From positions 1 through 22,136 of the forward strand of contig JBBIPG010000037.1 of the NCBI GenBank assembly GCA_037442925.1: a DNA stretch of 22,136 nucleotides, in the 5' to 3' direction. Numbering within the stretch: position 1 is the first letter of the stretch; each line of letters starts with the position of its first letter. The notes beneath the pieces were generated by a model that was not told where the DNA came from, did not search any database, and was given only the letters and a program-made list of their open reading frames with translations. A program made the position numbers and the translations under genes. The DNA is from Candidatus Fraserbacteria bacterium (GTDB lineage Bacteria; Bipolaricaulota; Bipolaricaulia; RBG-16-55-9). This document shows, in pieces, positions 1-8,422 of the stretch.

Positions 1-19
1 GCCTCATGGTCAGTTCCAT
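1..19 (-). CDS. 5' end of a divergent gene running off the left edge (MELTMR...)
   Basis: Minus-strand ATG at 19-17 preceded by AGGAGGC (plus-strand GCCTCCT, 24-30) at 4-nt spacing; only 6 codons are visible. Confidence 0.55.
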
Positions 20-66
20 GGTTGCCTCCTTGCTCTGAGAGACAACCAAAACCTCCTCTCGGGTTC

Positions 67-123
67 GAGTACTTTCTTACCTGAGGCAACGATCCCGTTT
101 GGAGTACTTTTTTGATGAGGCAA
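67..123. repeat. Imperfect direct repeat GAGTACTTT-N6/N5-TGAGGCAA, two copies; candidate regulator binding sites
   Basis: GAGTACTTT at 67-75 and 102-110; TGAGGCAA at 82-89 and 116-123; lies between divergent genes, just upstream of the -35 box at 133. Confidence 0.6.
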
Positions 124-132
124 TTCGTGCTA

Positions 133-161
133 TTGACAATCCACATCATGCGTGCTATAGT
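133..161 (+). promoter_or_regulatory. Sigma70-type promoter of the ABC operon
   Basis: TTGACA (133-138), 17-bp spacer, extended -10 TG (153-154) plus TATAGT (156-161). Confidence 0.85.
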
Positions 162-164
162 GAC

Positions 165-254
165 GGCATCGTTGATAGACAAGTATACTCCAATTCAGGT
201 CATTGGCTGAGAGTAGGAGGTGGTCTATCCGATAATAAAACCGACGATCTTGCC
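165..254 (+). promoter_or_regulatory. Structured 5' leader or paired operator sites upstream of the ABC operon
   Basis: Nested complementarity: GATAGAC 174-180/GTCTATC 223-229, TACTC 186-190/GAGTA 211-215, CAAT 191-194/ATTG 202-205. ATCGTTG 168-174 can pair with CGACGAT 242-248. Confidence 0.45.
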
Positions 255-309
255 CATGCCGTTCAGGCAGTGTTGTTTAACCCGTTCGGAAAAAGGAGGG
301 CTTAAAATC

Positions 310-1788
310 ATGCAGAGGGTTATCTCAAGACGGAACTTCTTAAAGACGGTAGGGGTGGGGGCGGCCGCGATCGGACTGGCCCAGTTTGAAGCCTTCCGAG
401 TGAGCGGACAACCTCCCACATTGAGGATCACCCAATGGAGCCACTTCGTTCCCCCCTACGACACATGGTTTGACCCCTTTGCCCAGGCATGGGGACAGAG
501 CCGTAATCCACCAGTCAACGTGCAAATAGAGCACATCTCGTTTGCGGACATCATCCCGCGGGCCAAGGCCATCGTGGCCGCAGGGACTGGGCCAGATCTC
601 TACGGCTTCCTCTCGCCTCCTTCTCAATTCATCAATGACGTCATCGACCATAGGGACATAGTGGAAACGGTGGAGGACAGTCACGGCCCCATCACATCTC
701 TCGCCAAAAAGAGCACCTTCAACCCTGCCAATGAGAAGTGGTTCGGCTTCTCGAACATGTTCACCATTGACCCCTACGACTACCATAAGGACGTCTGGGA
801 AGCGATCGGCAGGCCGAATGGCCCCAGCACTCTACAAGATTGCCTCGAAGCCGGGGACGCCATTCGTCAGCAGTTCCCGGGGATTCCGACCCCGATCGGC
901 GTCGGCTACAGCCAAGACATCGACAGCAACATGGCCACGCGGCAGATCCTCTGGTCCTTCAATGGCTCCATCCAGGACGAGAACGAGCAGGTTGTGCTCA
1001 ACTCCCCCGAGGCGCTGGAGGCCCTGCGCTTCGGCGTCGAACTCTTCAAGCGGATGAGCCCCGAGGTCCTCAGCTGGAACGCGGCTTCCAACAACCAAGC
1101 CTTCAACTCCCGCTCTACCTCGCTCATCCTCAACTCCATCTCGGCCTACCGCTCCGCTCAGAGGGGTAATCTGGCGCTTCCCGGTAAGGAGCCCGGCTCC
1201 CTAGCGGCCAACACCTTCTTCACGCCGGCGTTGTCTGGTCCACGCGGCACGGCGGTGGCCAGCGAACACGTCATGCACATCTACGTCATCTGGAACTTCT
1301 CTCAGCAGCAAGACCTGGCCAAGGAATTCCTCGTACACCTCATGAACAACCAGCGGGAAGACGTTCTGAGAAGCGAGCTCTACAACACCTCATCGTTCCT
1401 TGGGACCCTGGCCGATCCCGGCGTTGATGAACCCAAGCAGCGGCCGCGCGCCGGCTGGGAGTGGCTGAAGCAACAGTTTGAGAACGATCCGTTCGGCTCC
1501 AATCCCCCCAATAAGCTGTTCCCCTTGTTCAGCGGGGTGGAGGAACCGCTGGCGGATGGGACAGTGAAGGAGGGCTGGAGCACCAACGTCGGCCATCCGG
1601 GCCCCGCCAACCCGGCCATCAGCCAGATCTTCGATGAATTTGTGCTCCCCGACATGTTCGCCAAGGCGGCCACCGGCGCGCTCACTCCTGAGCAGGCGCT
1701 TGCCCAAGCGAACACACGCATCAAGGCGATCTTCAACGACTGGCGGCAGCGAGGCCTGGTGGGTGGAGATCCGGCTAAGGATCTATAA
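310..1788 (+). CDS. ABC transporter substrate-binding protein (CUT1/sugar-type family) with Tat signal
   Basis: ATG at 310 with SD AGGAGG at 294-299; twin-arginine motif SRRNFLK followed by a hydrophobic stretch, with no lipobox Cys; followed by ATPase and two permeases. The track's GTG at 220 is not a credible start. Confidence 0.88.
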   Translation: MQRVISRRNFLKTVGVGAAAIGLAQFEAFRVSGQPPTLRITQWSHFVPPYDTWFDPFAQAWGQSRNPPVNVQIEHISFADIIPRAKAIVAAGTGPDLYGFLSPPSQFINDVIDHRDIVETVEDSHGPITSLAKKSTFNPANEKWFGFSNMFTIDPYDYHKDVWEAIGRPNGPSTLQDCLEAGDAIRQQFPGIPTPIGVGYSQDIDSNMATRQILWSFNGSIQDENEQVVLNSPEALEALRFGVELFKRMSPEVLSWNAASNNQAFNSRSTSLILNSISAYRSAQRGNLALPGKEPGSLAANTFFTPALSGPRGTAVASEHVMHIYVIWNFSQQQDLAKEFLVHLMNNQREDVLRSELYNTSSFLGTLADPGVDEPKQRPRAGWEWLKQQFENDPFGSNPPNKLFPLFSGVEEPLADGTVKEGWSTNVGHPGPANPAISQIFDEFVLPDMFAKAATGALTPEQALAQANTRIKAIFNDWRQRGLVGGDPAKDL

Positions 1789-1808
1789 ACACGACGTTTA
1801 GCCATCGG

Positions 1809-1851
1809 GAGGGGGAGGTCGGCCCAAGAGAAGGCCAAGCACCTCCCCCTC
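1809..1851 (+). terminator. GC-rich intercistronic stem-loop (mRNA stabiliser or partial terminator)
   Basis: GAGGGGGAGGT (1809-1819) is the exact reverse complement of ACCTCCCCCTC (1841-1851); inner GGCC/GGCC; no U-tract follows. Confidence 0.65.
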
Positions 1852-1911
1852 GGCACTTGACCGCCGACAATCGAATGCTTTAGGATTCATCCTGTACTTG
1901 AGGAGTCACGG

Positions 1912-2937
1912 ATGGCTATCGTAGAGGCCAGAGATCTCAAAAAATACTTCGGCAAGGTCCGGGCGGTCGATGGGGTGGATCTCTTCGTCCAAGACGGTGA
2001 GTTCCTTGTGCTCTTGGGCCCCTCCGGCTCGGGTAAGACGACGCTCATGCGCATGATCGCTGGCTTGGAACAGCCCACCGCCGGAGAGATCCTCATCGGC
2101 AGCCAAGTGGTCAATAACCTCCCCCCGCGGGTTCGCAAGATCGCCATGGTCTTCCAGAGCTATGCCCTCTACCCGCACAAGACGGCCTTTGACAACATCG
2201 CGTTTCCCTTACGAGCGCAAGGCCTAGGACTTAAGGTGATCTACGAGAAAGTCAACTGGGCAGCTAATCTACTGGGCATCGCCCACTTGCTCCGACGCAA
2301 GCCCCGCGAGCTTTCTGGCGGTGAGCGACAACGGGTCGCCCTTGCCCGCGCCATCGTGCGCGAGCCCTCGGTCTTCCTTCTCGACGAGCCCCTCTCGAAT
2401 CTGGACGCCAAGCTGCGCCATGCCGCCCGCGACGAGCTCAAACGCTTCCAGCGCAGCATCGGGACCACCACCATCTATGTGACTCACGATCAGATTGAAG
2501 CCATGGGCTTAGGCGACCGCATTGCCATCATGAACGAAGGAAAGGTAAGGCAGATCGGCACACCCTATGAAATCTACCACGAACCAGCGGATACCTTTGT
2601 GGCCACCTTCGTGGGGACGCCTCCGATGAACCTCATCGCACGCGCTGAACGGCTCATCGGCTTCCGCCCCGAGAGCTTCCTCCCCAAAGAGATCTACAAC
2701 GCCCACGAGGATCTGGTGAGTTTCTCTTTCCACGTGCGCCGGGTCGAGCATCTGGGGTCAGATCGGCTCCTGTATGGCTCGCTCACAGGCAAAGAAGAAA
2801 GCCCCGTAATTGCTAAGCTGCCGCTGACGGTCTCGATCCCCATCCAAGAGGGGGGAAACTATGAGTTTGCTGTGCGCCAGCGGGATCTGAAGTTCTTCTC
2901 GCCGCAGACCAGCCAGCGCACCGAAGAGGAGTCTTAA
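1912..2937 (+). CDS. ABC transporter ATP-binding protein, MalK/MsmX-like
   Basis: Walker A GPSGSGKT, MVFQSYALYPH, signature LSGGERQR, Walker B FLLDEPLSNLDAKLR, YVTHDQ; SD GAGGAG upstream. Confidence 0.95.
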   Translation: MAIVEARDLKKYFGKVRAVDGVDLFVQDGEFLVLLGPSGSGKTTLMRMIAGLEQPTAGEILIGSQVVNNLPPRVRKIAMVFQSYALYPHKTAFDNIAFPLRAQGLGLKVIYEKVNWAANLLGIAHLLRRKPRELSGGERQRVALARAIVREPSVFLLDEPLSNLDAKLRHAARDELKRFQRSIGTTTIYVTHDQIEAMGLGDRIAIMNEGKVRQIGTPYEIYHEPADTFVATFVGTPPMNLIARAERLIGFRPESFLPKEIYNAHEDLVSFSFHVRRVEHLGSDRLLYGSLTGKEESPVIAKLPLTVSIPIQEGGNYEFAVRQRDLKFFSPQTSQRTEEES

Positions 2938-2939
2938 TC

Positions 2940-3872
2940 ATGGAAGCCGCGCGGGAAATCCCACGGGCACGTTATCGCTATCTTCTCGATCGCGAGCGGC
3001 TGCTCGGGCCGCTGCTGATCAGCCCCGCCATCGGCTATATTTTGCTGTTAATCGGCCTGCCTCTGCTTTTGGCTATCTATCTCAGCTTCACCAACGCCAT
3101 CAGCGGCCAGCTGAGCGCCCAGTTTGTGGGTCTCAAGAACTTTCAGACGATCCTCGCCGATCCCCTCTTCTTCCAAGCCCTAAAGAACACGTTCATCTTC
3201 ACTTCGATTTCTATGCTCATCGTCTTGATCTTGGCGAAGGTCTTGGCGCTGGCCCTGCTTAAGAGCTTCCCAGGCAGGCCCATCGTGCGCTTCTTGATCC
3301 TGCTGCCGTGGGTGGCCCCCATCAGCCTCACCACCCTCTCTTGGGACTGGGTGCTCGGCGCCAGCAATGCCACACTTAGCACCATCAACTGGACGCTGCG
3401 GGCGGTAGGGATATTGGGACCTCAAGACTGGATCTGGTGGACGAGCTACACTACCCCGGCGATGGCAGCCATCATCCTCATCCACGTCTGGCGAATGCTC
3501 CCGTTTGCCACCATCATCCTTCTGGCCGGGCTGACCTCCATCCCTCAAGATATTCAAGATGCGGCCACCGTGGACGGCGCGGGCTTCTGGAGAAGACTCT
3601 TTGAGATCATTCTGCCTCTGATGCTGCCCATCGTGGCCGTGGCCGTGCTCTTCGGGATCATCTTTACGGCCACGGACATGACTGTGGTGTATATTCTCAC
3701 CCGCGGTGGCCCTTATAACAGCACCCACGTGCTGGCGAGCTTGGCTTGGCAGCGGGGCATCTTCGGCGGCCAGCTGGGGCAAGGAGCAGCAATTGCCATC
3801 TTCCTCTTCCCTCTGCTGATGATCGTCGCGTTCTTTATGCTCAGGCTCGCCCGCCGGACCGAGGTGGCTTAA
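2940..3872 (+). CDS. ABC transporter permease (MalF/UgpA-like)
   Basis: Multiple transmembrane segments, FVGLKNF motif, EAA-loop DAATVDGA. Confidence 0.92.
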   Translation: MEAAREIPRARYRYLLDRERLLGPLLISPAIGYILLLIGLPLLLAIYLSFTNAISGQLSAQFVGLKNFQTILADPLFFQALKNTFIFTSISMLIVLILAKVLALALLKSFPGRPIVRFLILLPWVAPISLTTLSWDWVLGASNATLSTINWTLRAVGILGPQDWIWWTSYTTPAMAAIILIHVWRMLPFATIILLAGLTSIPQDIQDAATVDGAGFWRRLFEIILPLMLPIVAVAVLFGIIFTATDMTVVYILTRGGPYNSTHVLASLAWQRGIFGGQLGQGAAIAIFLFPLLMIVAFFMLRLARRTEVA

Positions 3873-3873
3873 G

Positions 3874-4737
3874 ATGCCCACCTCAAGAGTGCTCCGTTGG
3901 CTGCGCAGCCGGTTCCCCCTATACGTGCTGATCTTTCTATTTGTGGCCTTCGCCGCCTTCCCCTTCTACTGGATGACGATTACCACCTTCAAACAAGACG
4001 AAGATCTCTTTCACGTAGCCACGGATTCGAAATATAATCCCTATCGCTTCAATCTTCCCCCCACCCTCAGCCACCTCAAGCAGCTCATCTTTGAGACGCC
4101 CTACTTCACCTTCCTGCGCAATACACTCTTTGTGGGCCTGCTCGTCGTGGCCATCACCCTGCTCATCTCGGTGCCGGCAGGCTACAGCCTGGCACGGCTA
4201 TTGGGGCGCTGGGGCGAGCAGCTGGGGATCGGCATCTTCTTGACGTATCTGGTGCCGCCCACGCTCCTGTTCATCCCCCTGGCCCGCTTGATTGCCCTCC
4301 TAGGGCTTTCGGATACGTTATGGTCTTTGGTGCTTATCTATCCCACCTTCACCATTCCGTTTTGCACCTGGCTGCTGATGGGCTTCTTCAAGTCCATCCC
4401 TAAGGACATCGAAGAGCAGGCTATGGTCGACGGCCATAGCCGCTTGGGAGCGATTCTCAAGACCGTGCTGCCGCTCTCCCTGCCTGGACTGCTTACGGTC
4501 GTCATCTTCTCATTGACTCTTGTGATGCAAGAGTTCGTCTACGCTTTGACGTTCATCAACGCCGTGGGCAAGATGACGCTCAGCTTAGGAGTCCCGATCG
4601 CGCTGGTTCATGATGTCTATCGTTGGGGGCCTCTTATGGCCGCGGTGCTGATCTCCAGCATCCCGGTTGCGATTCTCTACAATCTCTTCTTGGATCGCTT
4701 CATTGCTGGCTTCACCGGCGGAGCCGTCAAGGGATAG
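3874..4737 (+). CDS. ABC transporter permease (MalG/UgpE-like)
   Basis: PAGYSLAR, EAA-loop IPKDIEEQAMVDG, C-terminal GFTGGAVKG. Confidence 0.92.
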   Translation: MPTSRVLRWLRSRFPLYVLIFLFVAFAAFPFYWMTITTFKQDEDLFHVATDSKYNPYRFNLPPTLSHLKQLIFETPYFTFLRNTLFVGLLVVAITLLISVPAGYSLARLLGRWGEQLGIGIFLTYLVPPTLLFIPLARLIALLGLSDTLWSLVLIYPTFTIPFCTWLLMGFFKSIPKDIEEQAMVDGHSRLGAILKTVLPLSLPGLLTVVIFSLTLVMQEFVYALTFINAVGKMTLSLGVPIALVHDVYRWGPLMAAVLISSIPVAILYNLFLDRFIAGFTGGAVKG

Positions 4738-4744
4738 CCCCATC

Positions 4745-4773
4745 TTGTCCAAGCAGCCCCTTTGACTTATAAT
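4745..4773 (+). promoter_or_regulatory. Sigma70-type promoter for speB-pdaD
   Basis: TTGTCC (4745-4750), 17-bp spacer, TATAAT (4768-4773). Confidence 0.7.
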
Positions 4774-4845
4774 CGCAGCTGGAATTTCGCGAGAAGCGGG
4801 AGGGATTGGACCGAGTCGAATCGCTGAGATTCAGAGCTTACGCCG

Positions 4846-5745
4846 ATGGAAGAGCAACTCATATCTGAGGGGCTGGCGGCACCCCGCAATTTCGTGGGGC
4901 TGCCGCTTGAGCATTCTAGCTGGCAGAGAGCCCAAGTCGCCATCTTGCCTGTACCTTACGACCTCACGACTTCCTACCAGACGGGGGCGCGTCGCGGACC
5001 ACCAGCGATTCTCGATGCTTCGCTTCAGGTCGAGCTCTACGATGATGAGCTGGAAGCGGAGCCTTACCAAGTGGGCATCCACACGCTTCCTCCCCTAGAG
5101 CCTCTGGCCAGCGGTCCGGAAGAGATGGGGAAAAGAATCGAGCATGTCACAAGACAGATTCTGAAAGCGAGAAAATTTCCTATCGTCCTTGGAGGAGATC
5201 ACTCCATTACGTTTGGGGTTGTGAAGGCGCTCACGACAGAGCACAAGCAACTTTCGGTGCTGCAACTGGACGCCCATGCCGATCTACGAGACAGCTATCA
5301 CGGGACGAAATATAGCCATGCGTGTGCAGGCCGCCGCCTCAGCGAGATCGCCCGACTCTTTCAGATCGGCATTCGAAGTCTTTCCAGCGAAGAAGCGGAG
5401 TGTATGAACAGCTCGAACGTGATGACCGTATTCGCCCGCGAGCTGCATCGCAATCCAAAGGCGAGCGACAGAGTGCTGAACGCGTTGCGTGACCCGGTGT
5501 ACATCACTCTCGATGTGGACGTGTTCGACCCTGCCATCATGCCCGCTACAGGCACCCCCGAGCCCGGCGGACTCGACTGGTATACAACGCTCACGATCCT
5601 GAGGCATGTCTTTGAGAAACATCGAGTTGTGGGATGCGATGTAGTGGAGCTGGCGCCCATTCCGGGCGTGGTTGCGCCGGATTTCATGATCGCCAAACTC
5701 GTGTATAAACTGGTCGGGTATTGGCATATATTACAACACGCGTAA
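4846..5745 (+). CDS. speB: Agmatinase (ureohydrolase family)
   Basis: PVPYDLTTSY..GARRGP, GGDHS, DAHAD, DVDVFDP, GTPEPGG motifs; adjacent to an arginine decarboxylase. Confidence 0.88.
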   Translation: MEEQLISEGLAAPRNFVGLPLEHSSWQRAQVAILPVPYDLTTSYQTGARRGPPAILDASLQVELYDDELEAEPYQVGIHTLPPLEPLASGPEEMGKRIEHVTRQILKARKFPIVLGGDHSITFGVVKALTTEHKQLSVLQLDAHADLRDSYHGTKYSHACAGRRLSEIARLFQIGIRSLSSEEAECMNSSNVMTVFARELHRNPKASDRVLNALRDPVYITLDVDVFDPAIMPATGTPEPGGLDWYTTLTILRHVFEKHRVVGCDVVELAPIPGVVAPDFMIAKLVYKLVGYWHILQHA

Positions 5746-5757
5746 AGGGGGTTGAGG

Positions 5758-6354
5758 ATGGAAGGGTCTACCACAGTAGTCGCGCCTGCACCTTTAGCAC
5801 TGTCAGCGGGTCCGTTGGTTCCTAAGAAGATGTTTTTCACTCGCGGAGTTGGAAGTCACAAGGAGGAGCTGCGTTCCTTTGAGCTGGCGCTGCGCGATGC
5901 CGGCATTGAAAAGTACAACCTCGTGCACGTCTCGAGCATCTTGCCGCCGCGCTGCAAGATCATCACTCGCTCCGAAGGGCTCAAGGACCTTCAACCGGGC
6001 CAGATCGCCTTCTGTGTGATGGCGCGCTGCGCGAGCAACGAACCCCACCGCTTGGTCGCCGCCTCCATCGGCTGTGCCATTCCAGCCGATCCCGAGGCCT
6101 ACGGCTACTTGAGCGAACACCATGCGTACGGCCAGAATGAGAAACAAGCGGGAGACTATGCAGAAGACCTCGCGGCTTCGATGCTGGCTTCCACACTGGG
6201 AATCGAGTTTGACGACAATCTGGCCTGGGATGAGAAGGAACAGCTTTGGAAGATCAGCGGCAAGATCGTACGGACGATGAACGTGACCCAATCCGCCGTC
6301 GTCAACACCAGCGGCTACACCACGGTCGTATCCGCAGCAGTCTTCCTCTTTTAG
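5758..6354 (+). CDS. pdaD: Pyruvoyl-dependent arginine decarboxylase
   Basis: [23 protein letters not shown] with the Ser-Ser self-cleavage site at 5932-5937, [19 protein letters not shown] 5758 is preferred over TTG 5752. Confidence 0.88.
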   Translation: MEGSTTVVAPAPLALSAGPLVPKKMFFTRGVGSHKEELRSFELALRDAGIEKYNLVHVSSILPPRCKIITRSEGLKDLQPGQIAFCVMARCASNEPHRLVAASIGCAIPADPEAYGYLSEHHAYGQNEKQAGDYAEDLAASMLASTLGIEFDDNLAWDEKEQLWKISGKIVRTMNVTQSAVVNTSGYTTVVSAAVFLF

Positions 6355-6364
6355 TGCAGGGGAG

Positions 6365-7615
6365 TTAGATCTTGCGGAAGACCAATGTTGAATTGTGCCC
6401 CCCGAACCCGAAAGAATTCGAGAGCGCAACCCTCACCTTGGCAGGACGGGCTCTGTTCGGCACATAATCTAAATCGCACTTCGGGTCCGGATGCTCGTAG
6501 TTGATCGTGGGAGGCAAGATGCCTTCTTCTAGCGCCATCAGAGTTGCGATGGCCTCGACAGCTCCCGCGCCTCCCAGAAGATGCCCAATCTGGGACTTGG
6601 TGGAACTTACGGGAATCTTGTAAGCCCTCTCACCAAATAGCAGCTTGATGGCTTGAGTCTCGGCAATATCGCCCAACTCCGTCGCTGTGCCATGGGCATT
6701 GATGTAGTCGACTTCATCCGGGGAAACTCCGGCACGCTCCAGCGCCATCTCCATCGCTCGCTTGGCCCCCAGCCCATCCGGAGCCGGCGCCGTGATGTGA
6801 TGGGCATCGGCGGTCATGCCGTGACCGGCTAGCTCGGCATAGATGTGAGCGTCCCGTGCGCGCGCATGGTCTACGCCCTCTAAGATCACAACTCCTGCGC
6901 CTTCGCCTACCACAAAGCCGTCGCGCTCGGCATCAAACGGACGCGAAGCTCTTTCGGGTGCGTCGTTGCGCCGGGAGAGCGCACGAGCCTGATCAAACCC
7001 GGCATACGTGAGCGGCAGTAACACGGCTTCTGATCCGCCCGCGATCATCACATCCGCATATCCCATGCGAATGAAATCCGCCGCCACACCCAAGGCATGA
7101 TTCGAACTGGCACAGGCCGATACCAGACCGTAGTTTGGCCCCCGAAGCCCCCACTCGATCGAGATCTCACCGGCCGTGGCATTGGGCATGAACATCGGGA
7201 CGAAGAAGGGGCTCACTCGATGTGGCCCTTCGCTGAGCATCGTCAGGTGGTTCTCTACCAAGATCTCGATGTTGCCGATGCCCGTGCCGACGAGCACCCC
7301 GATGCGTGACGTATCTTCGCTTTCGAGATCCAAGCGGGAATCTTCCAGCGCTTGACGGGTGGCAGCGATGGCCAGCTGTGTGGAACGCCCCAGCCGACGC
7401 GCGCGCTTCTTGTCCATGTAGGCGAGCGGGTCAAAGTGGCGAACGGGTGCTCCAATCTTGCTTTCAATTCCCTTAAGATCAACCAAATCATCCACGCGCT
7501 GTACACCGGAGCGTCCCGACTTCAAACCCTCCCAGAAGCCCTCTTTACCTACTCCGATGGGAGTGATGGCCCCGATGCCGGTGATCACCACCCGTCGCTG
7601 GATCCCCTGGCTCAT
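6365..7615 (-). CDS. fabF: 3-oxoacyl-ACP synthase II
   Basis: RRVVITGIG, catalytic Cys in [16 protein letters not shown], His in NAHGTAT and [15 protein letters not shown]. Confidence 0.95.
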   Translation of the reverse strand: MSQGIQRRVVITGIGAITPIGVGKEGFWEGLKSGRSGVQRVDDLVDLKGIESKIGAPVRHFDPLAYMDKKRARRLGRSTQLAIAATRQALEDSRLDLESEDTSRIGVLVGTGIGNIEILVENHLTMLSEGPHRVSPFFVPMFMPNATAGEISIEWGLRGPNYGLVSACASSNHALGVAADFIRMGYADVMIAGGSEAVLLPLTYAGFDQARALSRRNDAPERASRPFDAERDGFVVGEGAGVVILEGVDHARARDAHIYAELAGHGMTADAHHITAPAPDGLGAKRAMEMALERAGVSPDEVDYINAHGTATELGDIAETQAIKLLFGERAYKIPVSSTKSQIGHLLGGAGAVEAIATLMALEEGILPPTINYEHPDPKCDLDYVPNRARPAKVRVALSNSFGFGGHNSTLVFRKI

Positions 7616-7623
7616 GATGCTCG

Positions 7624-7663
7624 ATCATAGCCTAGCTATCTGCCTCCTTCAAGTGGACTTGAA
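7624..7663 (-). promoter_or_regulatory. fabF promoter (probably near-leaderless) with an overlapping palindrome
   Basis: Minus-strand TTGAAG (7652-7647), 17-bp spacer, TATGAT (7629-7624), then 8 nt to the ATG; inverted repeat TTCAAGT-GG-ACTTGAA at 7648-7663. Confidence 0.6.
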
Positions 7664-7678
7664 ATGCCTTTAGTGTGA

Positions 7679-8422
7679 TTATTCGCGCCGGGAGGGCTTT
7701 CGTGCACGAGGCATCGGCCGAAGGTGATGAGCAGTGAACTCTTCGATCAACTGTTCACTGAGCTTGGCTACCTCCTCCGGAAGCCTAAGACGCCTCAACT
7801 TGTGGAAGGGCAGCCGAAGGACCATGTAGAGTCCGCGTGCTGTCCCCTTCTCTAAAGGCACCTCACGGACGTCGTTCTTCTCGCGGCAGCGCTCACAGAG
7901 GAGCCCGCCCTTTTCCATGGAGAACCAGCTCTCCTGAGGAATTCTCTCACAGACAGCGCAGCGATCGAGGGTCGGAGCAAGCCCTAGCCCAGCCAAGAGC
8001 TTCAACTTGAAGGCCAATTCATAGAGAACGATAGAACTCTGCTCCCCTGTGAGCGCGTCGAGCAGCTGCTGAAAGAGCAGAAAGACCCGCTCCTCTGCGT
8101 GATCGTCTTCCAACAGACGATTGACCCAGCGGGCGCAGCGCAGCCCAGCCATCAACCGCTCGTAATCACGTTTGATCGCGGAGTACGCTTCGACGATGTC
8201 CGCTTGGCTGAGCATCTTGAGGCCTTCCCGATGGTAGTAGATGAACTCGCTTAGGGTAAGCAGTTCAAGAGCGGCGTCGAAGCGACTCTCGGTCTTGCGC
8301 GCCCCCTTGGCCATGAGCGAGATCTTACCGCACTCGCGACTGAGCACCGTGATGATCTGATCGCTCTCTCCAAAGTCAATGGCTCGGGTCACAAAGCCCA
8401 GGGTCTTCTTAATGTGTGCCAT
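7679..8422 (-). CDS. recO: DNA repair protein RecO
   Basis: N-terminal GFVTRAIDFGESDQII..GKISLMAKGARK..SRF; Zn-finger CAVC...GGLLCERC; lies downstream of era. Confidence 0.92.
   Translation of the reverse strand: MAHIKKTLGFVTRAIDFGESDQIITVLSRECGKISLMAKGARKTESRFDAALELLTLSEFIYYHREGLKMLSQADIVEAYSAIKRDYERLMAGLRCARWVNRLLEDDHAEERVFLLFQQLLDALTGEQSSIVLYELAFKLKLLAGLGLAPTLDRCAVCERIPQESWFSMEKGGLLCERCREKNDVREVPLEKGTARGLYMVLRLPFHKLRRLRLPEEVAKLSEQLIEEFTAHHLRPMPRARKPSRRE

Noticed and set aside
67..123. Mini CRISPR array
   Set aside because: Only two degenerate copies 12 nt apart, and no cas genes.
60..260. Known riboswitch classes (glycine, TPP, fluoride, guanidine)
   Set aside because: Only isolated fragments match (CTCAGGTAA on the minus strand, CTGAGA, AAACCG); the other conserved elements are missing.
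99..305. 68-aa ORF, and the GTG-220 extension of the binding protein
   Set aside because: Both overlap the promoter or leader. AGGAGG overlaps the GTG itself, and the Tat motif needs the start at ATG 310, which has a properly placed SD.
4846..5745. Ureohydrolase as HutG (formiminoglutamase)
   Set aside because: The sequence pattern and direct coupling to an arginine decarboxylase fit agmatinase better; not formally excluded.
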